A stretch of DNA of 64,000 bases from an uncultured Bacillota bacterium (GTDB taxonomy: Bacteria > Sysuimicrobiota > Sysuimicrobiia > Sysuimicrobiales > Segetimicrobiaceae). Position numbers and translations under genes: made by a program. Shown in pieces: positions 15,943 to 26,081 of this stretch. Location of the stretch: assembly GCA_963804645.1 (NCBI GenBank), contig CAWDRG010000017.1, positions 768,001 through 832,000 on the forward strand, read 5' to 3'. The notes under the pieces were generated by a model. The model searched no databases. It was not told the DNA's origin and worked only from the letters and a program-made list of their open reading frames with translations. Position 1 is the stretch's first letter; every line of letters begins with the position of its first letter.

Positions 15943-17809
15943 CGATGCTCACCTCGACCATCACCGGATCCTTCCCGCCGAGCCGGACCGCGGCCGCCCC
16001 GTTGTGGGTGACTTCTCGGACCGCGCGGACGACCTCCGACGGGTAGAGGGGACGTCCGTTGTACTTGAGGACGCGCCGCGCCGGCACGAGACAATGGGCC
16101 TGGATCAGATCGGCGAACTGGCCCAGGTAGTTGTGCTCGCAGACGACGACCGCCTGCCCGTTGTCCAGCAGCGGTTTGGCCAGGTGGGTTGGAAACGGCC
16201 ACAGGTGGGTGAAGTGCACCACCGCGGCCTGCACGCCGTCTCTGACCAGGCGCTCGCGCGCGTCGAGCAGCGCCAGCTTCGTGCCGCCCCACCCGACGAG
16301 CGTGGGCCCCCTCCCCACCTCGCCGTAGACTTGGGGAGGCTTCGCGTCCTGATGGAGGTACGTGTGCATCTTCCGCATCCGCTTATCCATCTGCGCGACC
16401 CGCATCGCGGGATCGGTGGTCACGAACCCGAACTCGTCGTGCTCGGTGCTGCTGATCTTGGAGATTCCGCCTCGCTGGCCCGGGATCAGGCGGGCTGAGA
16501 TCCCCGAATCGGTCAGGCGGTACCGCAGGTACCGCTCCCCACGCACGTCGGCCTCGGCCGCCACGTACCGTTCCACCGGGCGCGCCGCACGCCCGAACAC
16601 CGCCTCGGGGAGAGTCGTCAGCCCCTCGCTCAGATCGAGGTCGGTCAGGAAAAAGACCGGGCACTGGTAGCGGTCCGCGAGCATGACCGCCTCGCCCATC
16701 AGCGTATAGCACTCCTCGATCGTCGACGGCGCGAGCACGATCCGCGGAATCTCCCCGTGGCCGCCGCCGGTCACGAGGAACAGGTCCCCCTGTTCCATCT
16801 TGGTCGGCATGCCGGTGGACGGCCCGGCGCGCATCGCATCCACGATCACCAGCGGCGTCTCGGTCGTCCCCGAGACGCCGATCTCTTCGACCTTCAACGA
16901 CAGGCCCGGGCCGCTCGTGCCGATCATGCTCACGATCCCGACGGCGCTGGCCCCGAGGGCCGCCCGGATCGATTCGCGCTCGTTGGCGCCCTGCAGGACT
17001 CGGCCGCCGTACCCCGGCAGGTGCTCCTCCATGTATTCGAGGATGCCGGACGCCGGCGTGATCGGGTACCCGGCGTAAAAGCGCACCCCGGCGCGGATGG
17101 CCGCGATCGACAGGGCTTCGTTGCCGCTGACGTAGACGGCCGGCGCGGCCCCGGCCACCGGCTCAAGCCGGTACCCGACCGATGTCCACTCCCGGGCCTT
17201 CAGGTGCGCCTCGACCAGATCGCGCCCGCGGCGCGCCGCCTCGATGTTCAGATCCACGACCGCGGGCCCCTTGCGGCCAAACCGCTCCTCCAGGAGCTGC
17301 CGGAGCCACCGCTCGTCCTGGTCAAACTCCAGCAGCCGAAACAACGCCCCCGTCACGATCAGGTTCTTCACGACCTCCTTCTTGAGGTCGCGCACCGCGA
17401 TATCGCGGGCCGGAATCGGGAACACGTGGATGCCGCGCGCCTCGAGGTCCTGGGTGTCCACCGGCGCGCCGGAGCTGTCGTAGAGCAGCACGCCGCCGTC
17501 GACGAGGTGGTGGCCGTGCTGCAGGATCGTGTCGCGGTTGGGCTGCGTCGCAGCGTCGGGATTGCTGTCGTACTCGAGCCCGACGAGGACATCGATCGCC
17601 TGGTCCCCCCACGACAGGGGCGGCGTTCCGGAGATCATCAGCGGATCGTACTGGTGGGCCCCGTAGATCGTGGACGCGAAGCCCCGTTCCACTCCGAGGA
17701 CATACAATCCCGCGCGACTGAGAATGCGGCCGGTAAGATCGGCGACCGTGGACACGCCGTCCCGGAGCTGCACGCCGCCGACCAGCAGCTTCATCCGATT
17801 GACCTTCAT
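15935..17809 (-). CDS. 2-oxoacid:ferredoxin oxidoreductase alpha subunit (gamma-alpha fusion)
   Basis: GNEALS, FYAGYPITPAS, TSGPGLSL, RAGPSTGMPTK.EQGDL, HGEIPRIV, EHNYLGQ, KYNGRP; ATG at 17809 with AGGAGG RBS. Confidence 0.95.
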   Translation of the reverse strand: MKVNRMKLLVGGVQLRDGVSTVADLTGRILSRAGLYVLGVERGFASTIYGAHQYDPLMISGTPPLSWGDQAIDVLVGLEYDSNPDAATQPNRDTILQHGHHLVDGGVLLYDSSGAPVDTQDLEARGIHVFPIPARDIAVRDLKKEVVKNLIVTGALFRLLEFDQDERWLRQLLEERFGRKGPAVVDLNIEAARRGRDLVEAHLKAREWTSVGYRLEPVAGAAPAVYVSGNEALSIAAIRAGVRFYAGYPITPASGILEYMEEHLPGYGGRVLQGANERESIRAALGASAVGIVSMIGTSGPGLSLKVEEIGVSGTTETPLVIVDAMRAGPSTGMPTKMEQGDLFLVTGGGHGEIPRIVLAPSTIEECYTLMGEAVMLADRYQCPVFFLTDLDLSEGLTTLPEAVFGRAARPVERYVAAEADVRGERYLRYRLTDSGISARLIPGQRGGISKISSTEHDEFGFVTTDPAMRVAQMDKRMRKMHTYLHQDAKPPQVYGEVGRGPTLVGWGGTKLALLDARERLVRDGVQAAVVHFTHLWPFPTHLAKPLLDNGQAVVVCEHNYLGQFADLIQAHCLVPARRVLKYNGRPLYPSEVVRAVREVTHNGAAAVRLGGKDPVMVEVSIDG

Positions 17810-17962
17810 TGCCGACGCCTTCCTCCTGGGGAGCCGCAGGGCGCGACCATCCGTGCCACCCGAGCGTCGCGGCTCGAGCTTCTGAGATAGCATAGTAACA
17901 TGTTTCTTACCGCAGCGTCTATTGCCGATCCGGGGCCGGGATCGGGGCGTCGCAGAACACAG

Positions 17963-18000
17963 AGCGGGTCCGCAGGGCGCCTCTCCCCTGCGGACCCGCT
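17963..18000 (-). terminator. Terminator hairpin downstream of the HU gene
   Basis: 15-bp inverted repeat agcgggtccgcaggg / ccctgcggacccgct. Confidence 0.7.
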
Positions 18001-18015
18001 GCGTCCGACCGGCGC

Positions 18016-18303
18016 CTACTTGACGGCCAGCTTCAACTCCTTGGCCGCCGTAAACCGGGGCACCGTCCGCGCCGGAACGCGCACGGGCTCACCCGTCTGG
18101 GGATTCCGCGCGATGCGCGCCTTCCGCTTCGACACCTTGAAGCTTCCGAAGCCGGGGAACCGAACCTTGTCCCCCTTCTTGATGGTAGCGGTCACGAGAA
18201 TGGTAATCTCGTCAACAATACGCCCAGCCTCCGCCTTGCTGACCACCCGGTCCTTGGTGGACAGTTTGTCGGCGAGCTTGGCCGCGAACTGTGCCTTCGT
18301 CAT
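18016..18303 (-). CDS. hup: HU family DNA-binding protein
   Basis: MTKAQF..KGDKVRFPGFGSFKVSKRKARIARNPQTGEPVRVPARTVPRFTAAKELK. Confidence 0.95.
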   Translation of the reverse strand: MTKAQFAAKLADKLSTKDRVVSKAEAGRIVDEITILVTATIKKGDKVRFPGFGSFKVSKRKARIARNPQTGEPVRVPARTVPRFTAAKELKLAVK

Positions 18304-18564
18304 ACGTCCCTCCCGCTCAAGTCGTGTCGAGTCTATTCGGGAATAGGGGGTTCGGGGAACGCGCGCCGTTTCCTCCCATCCACCGCGAGATCTGCCTGAT
18401 AATTCTGCCTCCGAGGGCAATCGGCCGTCGCCACGGCCGGACCCGAGAGAGCGCTCCGGACCGGGCCGGCCGGCAGGAATAGGACCGTCGGCCTCGAACG
18501 GTCCTCACGGCTACCCGTCGCACCAGACATCGCAGCAGCGGACGCCACAAGGAGGGACGCACCC

Positions 18565-19158
18565 ATGCGCCGCATCATCGCGCTCGCAGCCTGCATCGCG
18601 CTCGTACCCGCCGTCGCATTCGCCGCAGTACCGCCGCCCCCGCCAGCTCCGTCCGCCCCGTCCTCGCTCCTGCCCGCCTCGATGGGCACCACCGCCATCG
18701 TCGTGCCCATCGGCACGAAAGTGCCGCTCCGGTTCCTGACCGCGGTCGACTCGGCCACCGTCAAGCAAGGCACCGCCGTGAAATTCGAGGTGGCCGCCGA
18801 TGTCCTCATCAACCGGGACATCGTCTTCCGCATGGGGACGCCCGCGCAGGGCGTCGTCACCGACGTGTCCCCGCCCGGCATCTTTGGCAAGAACGCGAAG
18901 GTCCACATCGCCTACATTCAGACCGCGGCGATTGACGGCCGACCGGCCGGGCTCTCGCCGCTCGACGTGACGCCCCAGACGGTCCAGCAGGTCAAGGATG
19001 TCGGCGCCGCGGCCGGCACGGCCGTGGCCGGCGCCATCCTGCTCGGGCCGATCGGGATCGCGGCCGGGGCACTCTGGCACGGCGGGCAGGTCACGGTGCC
19101 CGCCGGCGCCGTCGGCACGACGGACGTCGCCGAGCAGCTCCAGATCTACGCGCCGTAG
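18565..19158 (+). CDS. Secreted/envelope hypothetical protein with beta-rich domain and glycine-zipper segment
   Basis: AGGAGG RBS, signal peptide, VPIGTKVPLRF..VDSAT..G..V.F, GAAAGTAVAGAILLGPIGIAAG. Confidence 0.7.
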   Translation: MRRIIALAACIALVPAVAFAAVPPPPPAPSAPSSLLPASMGTTAIVVPIGTKVPLRFLTAVDSATVKQGTAVKFEVAADVLINRDIVFRMGTPAQGVVTDVSPPGIFGKNAKVHIAYIQTAAIDGRPAGLSPLDVTPQTVQQVKDVGAAAGTAVAGAILLGPIGIAAGALWHGGQVTVPAGAVGTTDVAEQLQIYAP

Positions 19159-19173
19159 GGAAATCCGAACGGT

Positions 19174-19206
19174 CGCAGCGGGCGGGGGCGTCCCCCGCCC
19201 GCTGCG
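19174..19206. terminator. Hairpin between convergent genes
   Basis: cgcagcgggcggggg-cgt-cccccgcccgctgcg. Confidence 0.7.
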
Positions 19207-19247
19207 GCACACCTCGGGCCGCTGATCTCCGGGGAGTCCTAGCTCTA

Positions 19248-20282
19248 TTAGTAGAAGCGCTCGCGGTCAAACACGTTCAGCAGCGGCTCCCCGCGAAGAT
19301 ACCGTCCGAGATTGTCGCAGAACAGATCCGTCAGCTTGGCGTTCTCGGTGTCGGCCGTGCTCGCGGAGTGCGGGCTGACGATCACATTCGGCATGTCCCA
19401 CAGCGGGCTGGTCGAGGGGAGCGGCTCTTTCGCGAACACGTCCAGCACGGCGCCGCACAGATGGCCGTCACGCAGCGCCGCGATCATCGCCGCCTCGTCC
19501 ACCACCGCGCCGCGGGCGATGTTGATGAACAGCGCCCCCCGCTTGAGGGTCCGGATCTCACGCTCGCCGATCAGGCCGACGGTTTGCGACGTGCGCGGGG
19601 TGCAGAGGATGAGCGTGTCGGCGGCGCGCAGCAGCGTGGGAAGCTCGGAGACGGGGACCATCTGATCCACGTCCTGGTCCGGCTCCGACGAGACCGTCCG
19701 CTTGGTGGCGACGACCCGCATCCCGAGGGCGCGGCACGACCGCGCGACCTCGCGTCCGATCCGCCCGAGGCCGACGATCCCCACCGTCGTGCCGCGCAAC
19801 TGGCGGCCGCAGTAGCGCTCCCAGTGGTGCGCCGCCTGATCGCGGGCCATCCGGAACGCGTCCTTCGCGAACGCGAGCATCCCCCACAGGCAGAACTCCG
19901 CGAGCGGCGTCACGTGCACCCCGCCCGCGGTCGTGAACACGATGGGGCTGTCAAGATACTTCCACCGGGCGAGCGCCTCACCGATGCCCGCGCTGGTCGC
20001 CTGCACCCATCGGAGGGCCGGCGCCAATTCGAGCAGCCGCCCCGCGTTGGTGTGGTCGAAGTCGAACATCACCTCGGCCCGCGCGAGGTACCCGCGCCAA
20101 CGACGCTCCTCCTCGGGGGTCCGCTGAAACGACGCGGCGCCGAAATGGTGGTCGGCTTGATACAGGGGCTTCGGCAACAGCGCGGGGTCGTACAGGACTT
20201 CGACGCCGGGCACCGCGGCGATGCGCTCGACGTGCTCCGGCTCCAAGTAGGACGCGATCAATACGACCGTCGACTTCGTCAC
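19248..20282 (-). CDS. D-2-hydroxyacid dehydrogenase
   Basis: GIVGLGRIG, INIARGAVVDE, LDVFAKEPL, SPHSAS. Confidence 0.92.
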   Translation of the reverse strand: MTKSTVVLIASYLEPEHVERIAAVPGVEVLYDPALLPKPLYQADHHFGAASFQRTPEEERRWRGYLARAEVMFDFDHTNAGRLLELAPALRWVQATSAGIGEALARWKYLDSPIVFTTAGGVHVTPLAEFCLWGMLAFAKDAFRMARDQAAHHWERYCGRQLRGTTVGIVGLGRIGREVARSCRALGMRVVATKRTVSSEPDQDVDQMVPVSELPTLLRAADTLILCTPRTSQTVGLIGEREIRTLKRGALFINIARGAVVDEAAMIAALRDGHLCGAVLDVFAKEPLPSTSPLWDMPNVIVSPHSASTADTENAKLTDLFCDNLGRYLRGEPLLNVFDRERFY

Positions 20283-20338
20283 CTCAACACCTCACAGACT
20301 GTTGCCTGCCGTCTCCGATCCCCGCGTCGTGAATCGGC

Positions 20339-20926
20339 TCACCACGCGACCGCGCCGCACCGGACGAGTGCCTCCACGACTTCCGCGAGCGGCAGCCCGA
20401 CGACGTTGGTGTAGGATCCAACGATCCGCTCGACCATCGACGCCGCGCCCTCTTGAATCCCGTACCCACCGGCTTTGTCGAGCGGTTCGCCGGTGGCGAC
20501 GTACGCGGTGATCTCTGGGGCCCGCAGCCGCCTGAACCAGACTTCGGTGGACACCACCGCGCCGACGCCCCGACCGGCGGTGCGGTCGAACACTTCGAAC
20601 CCGGTAATCACCTCATGGACGCGTCCGGAGAGCCGGAGCAGCATCGCGGCGGCCTCGGCGCTGTCCGCGGGCTTCTCCAAGATCGCCCCGTCCAGCACTA
20701 CGACCGTGTCCGCGCCGAGATAGAACCGCGCGGAAATCCTCGACGCCACGTCCCGCGCCTTCGCGCCGGCGAGTCGCCGGACGTAGGCCTCGGGAGGCTC
20801 ACCGGGCCGCACCGACTCGGCGATCCCGCTCGGCACCACCCGCGCTTCGATCCCCGCAGACCGCAGCAGCTCGGCCCGACGCGGAGACGCGGACGCGAGC
20901 ACGATGGTCTCGGTGGCACGTGCCAT
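20339..20926 (-). CDS. maf: Maf family nucleotide pyrophosphatase (YhdE-type)
   Basis: LASASPRRAELL, GADTVV, LEKP, GEPLDKAGGYGIQ, NVVGLP. Confidence 0.95.
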   Translation of the reverse strand: MARATETIVLASASPRRAELLRSAGIEARVVPSGIAESVRPGEPPEAYVRRLAGAKARDVASRISARFYLGADTVVVLDGAILEKPADSAEAAAMLLRLSGRVHEVITGFEVFDRTAGRGVGAVVSTEVWFRRLRAPEITAYVATGEPLDKAGGYGIQEGAASMVERIVGSYTNVVGLPLAEVVEALVRCGAVAW

Positions 20927-20952
20927 CAGGCCCGGCCCGATCCGCGGCGGGG

Positions 20953-22083
20953 CTACCCGGCGAGCACGAGCCCCTGCAGCCCCGGCGTCAGCAGGTCAAA
21001 CCCGTCGTCGGTCATGTGCACGACGTCGCACTGCGCGTACCCGCCAAACCCGGCCACCGACAGCGCCGGTTCGATCGCCAGGACCATCCCCGCCAGGACC
21101 CGGTCCTTGCTGCCGGCGCCGAGCCGGGGCGACTCGTGAATCGAGAGGCCGACGCCGTGCCCGATGCTGTTCCGCCAGTACCCGAGCAGGTCGCGCCGCG
21201 CGTACTCGGCGTGGGCCGCCTCGAGCAGGTCCGCCGACGTCACGCCGGGCCGCAGGCGCCCGAAGATCGCGTCGCGGGCGGCAAGATATCCGTCCTGGAG
21301 CCGCCGCAGCTGGGCCGGCGGTTCGCCCGCGCACACCGTGCGCACGACGTCCGCGGTGTACCATTCGACCATCGGCCCGTACGCGATGCGCAGCGGGAGC
21401 CCCCGCTCGACGGGCCGGGCGAGCGCCGGCGAGTGCGCGGCCAGCATCTTCACCCCGCACGAGACGAGCGTCGGATAGCCGAATCCGTCCGCCCCCTGGC
21501 GCCGCGCGAACCCGTCGAGCTCGACCGCGACCTCGAGCTCCGTCGTGGGTCCGGAGGCGACAAGGGCCTGCGCCCGGCCGATCCCCGCCATCGCGATGCG
21601 GTTCGCCGCGCGCAGGTACGAGACTTCGACCGGGGTTTTGATGACCTTGACGGCATCGATCTGCGCCGCGACGTTCACGAGCCGCACGCCGGGGCACGCC
21701 TGCTCGATGACGGCGGCGTCGACCAGCTTGATGGAATCGACGCCGAGCCGCCGCACGCCCTGCAGGAGCGGCGCCACCGCGGCCTGCGGAGTCGGCGCGA
21801 CGTCCGGATGGGTCCCGTGGTACACCACCCGCTCCGTCCAGGGGGGCGACCAGACCCGGCTCGTGACAAGGGCCCGGTCGACGCTCGACGCGACCAGCGC
21901 GGGCGGGTCCGGCTCGTCAAACCGGACCACCGCGGCGGCGAACCGAGTGTACAGCATCGTGCGAAACCCCGTCAGGAAATAGATGTTCTCCGGGCTCATG
22001 CACAGGAGCGCGTCCACCTCCCCGCCCAGCTGCGCCATGAGCCGCCCGATGCGCTGCTTCCCATCCTCCGCCGACACCGCCAC
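20953..22083 (-). CDS. M24-fold (Xaa-Pro peptidase/creatinase-like) hydrolase
   Basis: PENIYFLTGF, VIKTPVEV, YTADVVRT, GHGVGLSIHE, IEP; GTG start at 22083 after GGGAGG. Confidence 0.85.
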   Translation of the reverse strand: MAVSAEDGKQRIGRLMAQLGGEVDALLCMSPENIYFLTGFRTMLYTRFAAAVVRFDEPDPPALVASSVDRALVTSRVWSPPWTERVVYHGTHPDVAPTPQAAVAPLLQGVRRLGVDSIKLVDAAVIEQACPGVRLVNVAAQIDAVKVIKTPVEVSYLRAANRIAMAGIGRAQALVASGPTTELEVAVELDGFARRQGADGFGYPTLVSCGVKMLAAHSPALARPVERGLPLRIAYGPMVEWYTADVVRTVCAGEPPAQLRRLQDGYLAARDAIFGRLRPGVTSADLLEAAHAEYARRDLLGYWRNSIGHGVGLSIHESPRLGAGSKDRVLAGMVLAIEPALSVAGFGGYAQCDVVHMTDDGFDLLTPGLQGLVLAG

Positions 22084-22232
22084 GCGTGTGCCTCCCCGCC
22101 GCGCCGGCCCACGTCGCGCCCGAGACGGACGCGGCCAGATCGCGGCGCCGAATGGTTTCGGCGGCGCGGCAGCCCCCTTCCTTCCGCCGATCGACGGCGG
22201 GCGCGGGAACGCCGTGACCGCCGACCGTGAGG

Positions 22233-23003
22233 CTACCCGGCGCTCAGCTGACGGCGGATCTCCCCGGCAAGATGGTCCGACAACCGCTCGAGCACGGCCG
22301 CGCCGACCGCCGGGGTGGCGAGCGTCGCGTCCCCGGCGATGCCGTTGGGCGTCACAGCCCGGAAGCCCTCGCGAAACAGCCGATCGGCGTCGATCCGGCC
22401 CAGCAGTCCGCGCTCGAGCCGGTCCGTCGCGACAAGCGCCGGGTGCCGCACCATCATGATCGAGGTCTCCGTCGCATCGGCGTGGATGGCGTCCACGTCC
22501 TGCGGCGCGCCGAGGGCCGCCGCCGTCTCCACCATCACCCGCATCATGCTGAGGAGCGCCTGACGGCCCACGGTGCCGACGATGCGCACCCCCTTCGCCC
22601 CGTACTCCTCGCGCAGCGCGCGCGCGGCCACGTCGAGGGTGTCGAAGTTCCCGCCGTGCGACGACAGCAGGGCAAATGTATCGAAGCCGTGCGGCCACAG
22701 GGACCGGACGTAGGCGCGGATCGTCGCGATCAGAACCTCGGGCGGGATCGAAATGCTCCCCGGAAACGCGAGGTGATGGTCCGAGCAGCCGGGCCGCACC
22801 ACCGGCGCGAGCAGCGCGCGGCCGAGCTTCCGCGCCACGAGTTCGCCGACCGCATATCCGATCGCTGTGTCGGTCATCGTCGGAAGGTGCGGCCCGTGCT
22901 GTTCGATTGAAGCTGCCACGATCACGATCGTGCGCACGCCGCCCCGCACGGCCGCCTCCACCTCGGGCCATGAGAGCTCCTCGAGCAGTACCGAATCCTT
23001 CAT
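22233..23003 (-). CDS. Creatininase family protein
   Basis: LSWPEV, SIEQHGPHLP..TD, GCSDHHLAFPGS, SHGGN, HADATETS, NGIAGD. Confidence 0.93.
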   Translation of the reverse strand: MKDSVLLEELSWPEVEAAVRGGVRTIVIVAASIEQHGPHLPTMTDTAIGYAVGELVARKLGRALLAPVVRPGCSDHHLAFPGSISIPPEVLIATIRAYVRSLWPHGFDTFALLSSHGGNFDTLDVAARALREEYGAKGVRIVGTVGRQALLSMMRVMVETAAALGAPQDVDAIHADATETSIMMVRHPALVATDRLERGLLGRIDADRLFREGFRAVTPNGIAGDATLATPAVGAAVLERLSDHLAGEIRRQLSAG

Positions 23004-23177
23004 GGGCGTCCCCCCACGCGAAATCCCGGCCTGGACACCGGCGCGTGACTTGCTTCTCAGCACGCCCGTACCCCCCCTGCCGGACCGTCGGGGGAGGCGT
23101 GGCGCGCGCAGGATTCCCGCCGAGGCGCGCGAAGGGGTGGCGTCAAGTCATGTGCCTGAGACGGAGAGGGGGCAGTC

Positions 23178-23429
23178 GTGCACCCCTATCTGCTTGTGCT
23201 GCTGATCCCCCTCGCGACCGTCACGGGGCTCGTGGTGACCGTGTGGACGCTCGTCGCCGATCATGACGGGTATACGCCCGTCGAACGCCATCGGCTCGCA
23301 TTCAGGGCACTGCTGCTGCTCGCCCTCTCGCTGGGGGCCGTTCTCTGGATCGTGCAGGACGTGCACGAGAACTGCTCGTACGGATCGTTCAACGAGTTCG
23401 TCGATTGCTTTAGCGTGCTCCACAGCTGA
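23178..23429 (+). CDS. Small two-TM membrane protein (83 aa)
   Basis: GGAGAGGGGG RBS, two hydrophobic stretches, C-terminal CSYGSFNEFVDC. Confidence 0.55.
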   Translation: MHPYLLVLLIPLATVTGLVVTVWTLVADHDGYTPVERHRLAFRALLLLALSLGAVLWIVQDVHENCSYGSFNEFVDCFSVLHS

Positions 23430-23560
23430 GCGGCGGGGCCGGGCACGGGCGGGCGCCCAAACCCTGCGATGCAGTCCACGACCGCGCTCCCGCCCTGACA
23501 AGGCTGGCGCGGGAACCTCAGACGGGCGGGCACACAGATCCTCAAGGGAGGGATGGGACG

Positions 23561-25162
23561 ATGGCCAAGCACACGCGCACGCAGGCGGGACGGACGACGC
23601 GGCGGGGGTTTCTCACAACGGTCGCGGCCGCCGGCATCGGCGCGGCGTCATCCGCGTGGCTCGCTACGGCAGGCCCCGCGGGGGCGCTCGCGGCAGCTCC
23701 GATGCGCCGAGGCGGCACGCTCAAGATCGCCGAGATCGGTGAGCCGTTGACGCTCGACATCCCGTCCACCACGGCGGGGCTCACGACCAATCTCACCCTG
23801 CCGGTGTTCGAAGAGCTGTTCGCGTTCGACGCCAGCTGGCGGATCCAGCCGTCGCTGGCGGCCGGGTACAGCGTCAGCAAGGACGGGATGACGTATACGT
23901 TTACCCTGCGCAGCAACGTCCCGTTCCACAACGGCAAGATCATGACCGCGGACGACGTGGTCGCGTCCCTGAACCGCTGGGGCAAGGTCAGCCCGTACGG
24001 GGCGGTCCCGTACAAGTCGGTCGAGTCGGTGACCGCCGCCGGCAACACGGTGGTCATGAAACTCACCGCGCCGTCCGCGCCGCTGCTCGCGTTTCTGACG
24101 TTTCCCGTGGGGGCCGCCGCGATCATGCCGAAGGAAGTCATCGATGCGGCCGGGACGGGACCCCTCAAGCAGTTCATCGGGACGGGACCCTATAAGTTCG
24201 TGGAATGGGCGCCGGACCGATACGTCCACCACACTCGGTTCGATCAATATGCGGCGCGCTCGGAACCCGGGAACGGCATGGCGGGCCGGAAGGATGCCCT
24301 GGCGGACGACCTCTTCTACTACCCCGTCTCGCAGGTCGCGACCCGGCTCGCGGGCGTCCAGAGCGGCGACTACGACATCGCGGATCAGATCAATACCGAC
24401 GCGTACGCCCAGCTGAAGCAGGATCCGCGGGTCCAACCGGGCGTCGTGCCCGGCACGTTCCTCACGTTCTTCTTCAATAAACGCCAAGGCGTGATGACGA
24501 ATGAGAAGCTGCGCCAGGCCGTCGCCGTGGCCATGGACATGCAGCCAATTATGGAAGCGACGTTCGGCAACCCCGACCTCTTCACGATCGACTCGAGCAT
24601 CTACCCCAAGGGCACGCCGTGGTATACGAACGCGGGCGGCACCTGGTACAACGTCCACAACACGGACCAGGCGAAACAGCTGGCCAAGGAGGCCGGGTAC
24701 TCGGGACAGCCGATCCGGTGGCTGTCGACGCAGGAGTACGACTACATGTTCAAGAGCACGGTCGTCGCCTCGACACAGCTCAAGGAGGCCGGCTTCAACG
24801 TGGACCTGCAGGTCGTGGAGTGGGCAACGCTGCTCGACCGCCGCGCCAAGGCGGACGAGTGGGACATGTTCGTGACGTCGCACTCGTTCGTCCCCGACCC
24901 GTCCCTGATCACCGTGTTCAGCTCCGCGTACCCCGGATGGTGGGACACCCAGACGAAAAACGCGCTGTTCGCGCAGTTCAACGCGGAGTCGGATCCGAAG
25001 AAGCGCATCCAGCTGTGGGCCAAGCTGCAGACGTTGATGTACCAGGAGGAGCCGATCGTGCGGCCCGGCGGATTCAGCGCCCTGCTGCTGAGCCGTAGGG
25101 GGCTGCCCGGGTTTCAGCCGTCGGCCTGGATCGTGCCGTGGAACGTGCAGGCGGTCAAATAG
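23561..25162 (+). CDS. Family-5 ABC substrate-binding protein with Tat signal
   Basis: TTRRGFL twin-arginine signal; RGGTLKI, PLTLD, DGMTYTF.LR, IGTGPYKF. Confidence 0.93.
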   Translation: MAKHTRTQAGRTTRRGFLTTVAAAGIGAASSAWLATAGPAGALAAAPMRRGGTLKIAEIGEPLTLDIPSTTAGLTTNLTLPVFEELFAFDASWRIQPSLAAGYSVSKDGMTYTFTLRSNVPFHNGKIMTADDVVASLNRWGKVSPYGAVPYKSVESVTAAGNTVVMKLTAPSAPLLAFLTFPVGAAAIMPKEVIDAAGTGPLKQFIGTGPYKFVEWAPDRYVHHTRFDQYAARSEPGNGMAGRKDALADDLFYYPVSQVATRLAGVQSGDYDIADQINTDAYAQLKQDPRVQPGVVPGTFLTFFFNKRQGVMTNEKLRQAVAVAMDMQPIMEATFGNPDLFTIDSSIYPKGTPWYTNAGGTWYNVHNTDQAKQLAKEAGYSGQPIRWLSTQEYDYMFKSTVVASTQLKEAGFNVDLQVVEWATLLDRRAKADEWDMFVTSHSFVPDPSLITVFSSAYPGWWDTQTKNALFAQFNAESDPKKRIQLWAKLQTLMYQEEPIVRPGGFSALLLSRRGLPGFQPSAWIVPWNVQAVK

Positions 25163-25322
25163 CGGGGCGGGACGTGCGCGCGCAGCGGGGCGGGTCGGAC
25201 CACCCGACGCACCCCGCGCGCGCCGATCGATAACCCGCGCGCCGACGCCGGCGGTCGAGGCCCGATCCGTGTCCCTCGACCGCCGGCGCCCGCAAATCGG
25301 CGCGGGTCGCGGTGCGACCCGC

Positions 25323-26081
25323 TTATCGCCCGGGGTCTCGCCGGACACCCCCCTCACGCTCCGGCGCCTCGTCGTCGAACCGCACGCCGTAGCGGTGCCT
25401 CGCGTAATCGAACATGTGATCCGTAAAGCGTGCCGGATCGGTGAACCCGCGGTGCGCAGGTTTGATCTCGGAGAGCTGAATCATGAACCGGGCGTCCCCA
25501 TTCTCATAGAAGAAGTACAGCGACCACCGTTCGTCGCGCTCGAGCACCATGTAGTCGGACGCGTACCCCTGCGCGCGCACGTGCTGCCACGCAGCGTCCA
25601 GATCATCGACGACCACCCCCAGGTGATGCACGCGGGACGGAATGCCGGGATTCAGCGGTCCCGGCTCCGTGTCGAACAAGAAGATCGCCGTCAGCCCGGT
25701 GGTCACCACCGTCTGGTGGGCATCGTCGCGCACGACGGTAAAGCCCAGGCCGTCCACAAGCAGACGCCGGGCGTCTGCCCGGTCCCGGACGGCGAGCGCC
25801 AAATGATCGACGCCGAGGCTCCGCCACGGACGCGTCCCACCGCGCAGCGGCTCGGAGCGCACCGTGAACTCCTCCGTCCGGAAGTGCGCGACCGTCTCTC
25901 CGACAAACATATCGGGATAGACGGGATCCCCCGCCGGCGTCCGGATCGTCACGCGCCGCCCGACGCGGAGCGCCTCCGGCAGCAAACGCTCCAGGGCTGC
26001 GTGAAAGACGTCGGCGGCCGGGAACTGCCCCTCGAAGCGTCCGTCGTCGGTGACGAAGACCAGGCGCACGGTGGTCGACAC
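25323..26081 (-). CDS. VOC/glyoxalase family protein with an extra N-terminal domain
   Basis: GVDHLALAVRD..LGF, HHLGVVVDDLD; GAGGAGGG RBS before GTG 26081. Confidence 0.75.
   Translation of the reverse strand: MSTTVRLVFVTDDGRFEGQFPAADVFHAALERLLPEALRVGRRVTIRTPAGDPVYPDMFVGETVAHFRTEEFTVRSEPLRGGTRPWRSLGVDHLALAVRDRADARRLLVDGLGFTVVRDDAHQTVVTTGLTAIFLFDTEPGPLNPGIPSRVHHLGVVVDDLDAAWQHVRAQGYASDYMVLERDERWSLYFFYENGDARFMIQLSEIKPAHRGFTDPARFTDHMFDYARHRYGVRFDDEAPEREGGVRRDPGR

Noticed and set aside
20953..22971. 672-aa ORF suggesting a long M24 fusion
   Set aside because: The N-terminal half is an Arg/Gly-rich off-frame shadow of the creatininase gene; the real start is GTG 22083.
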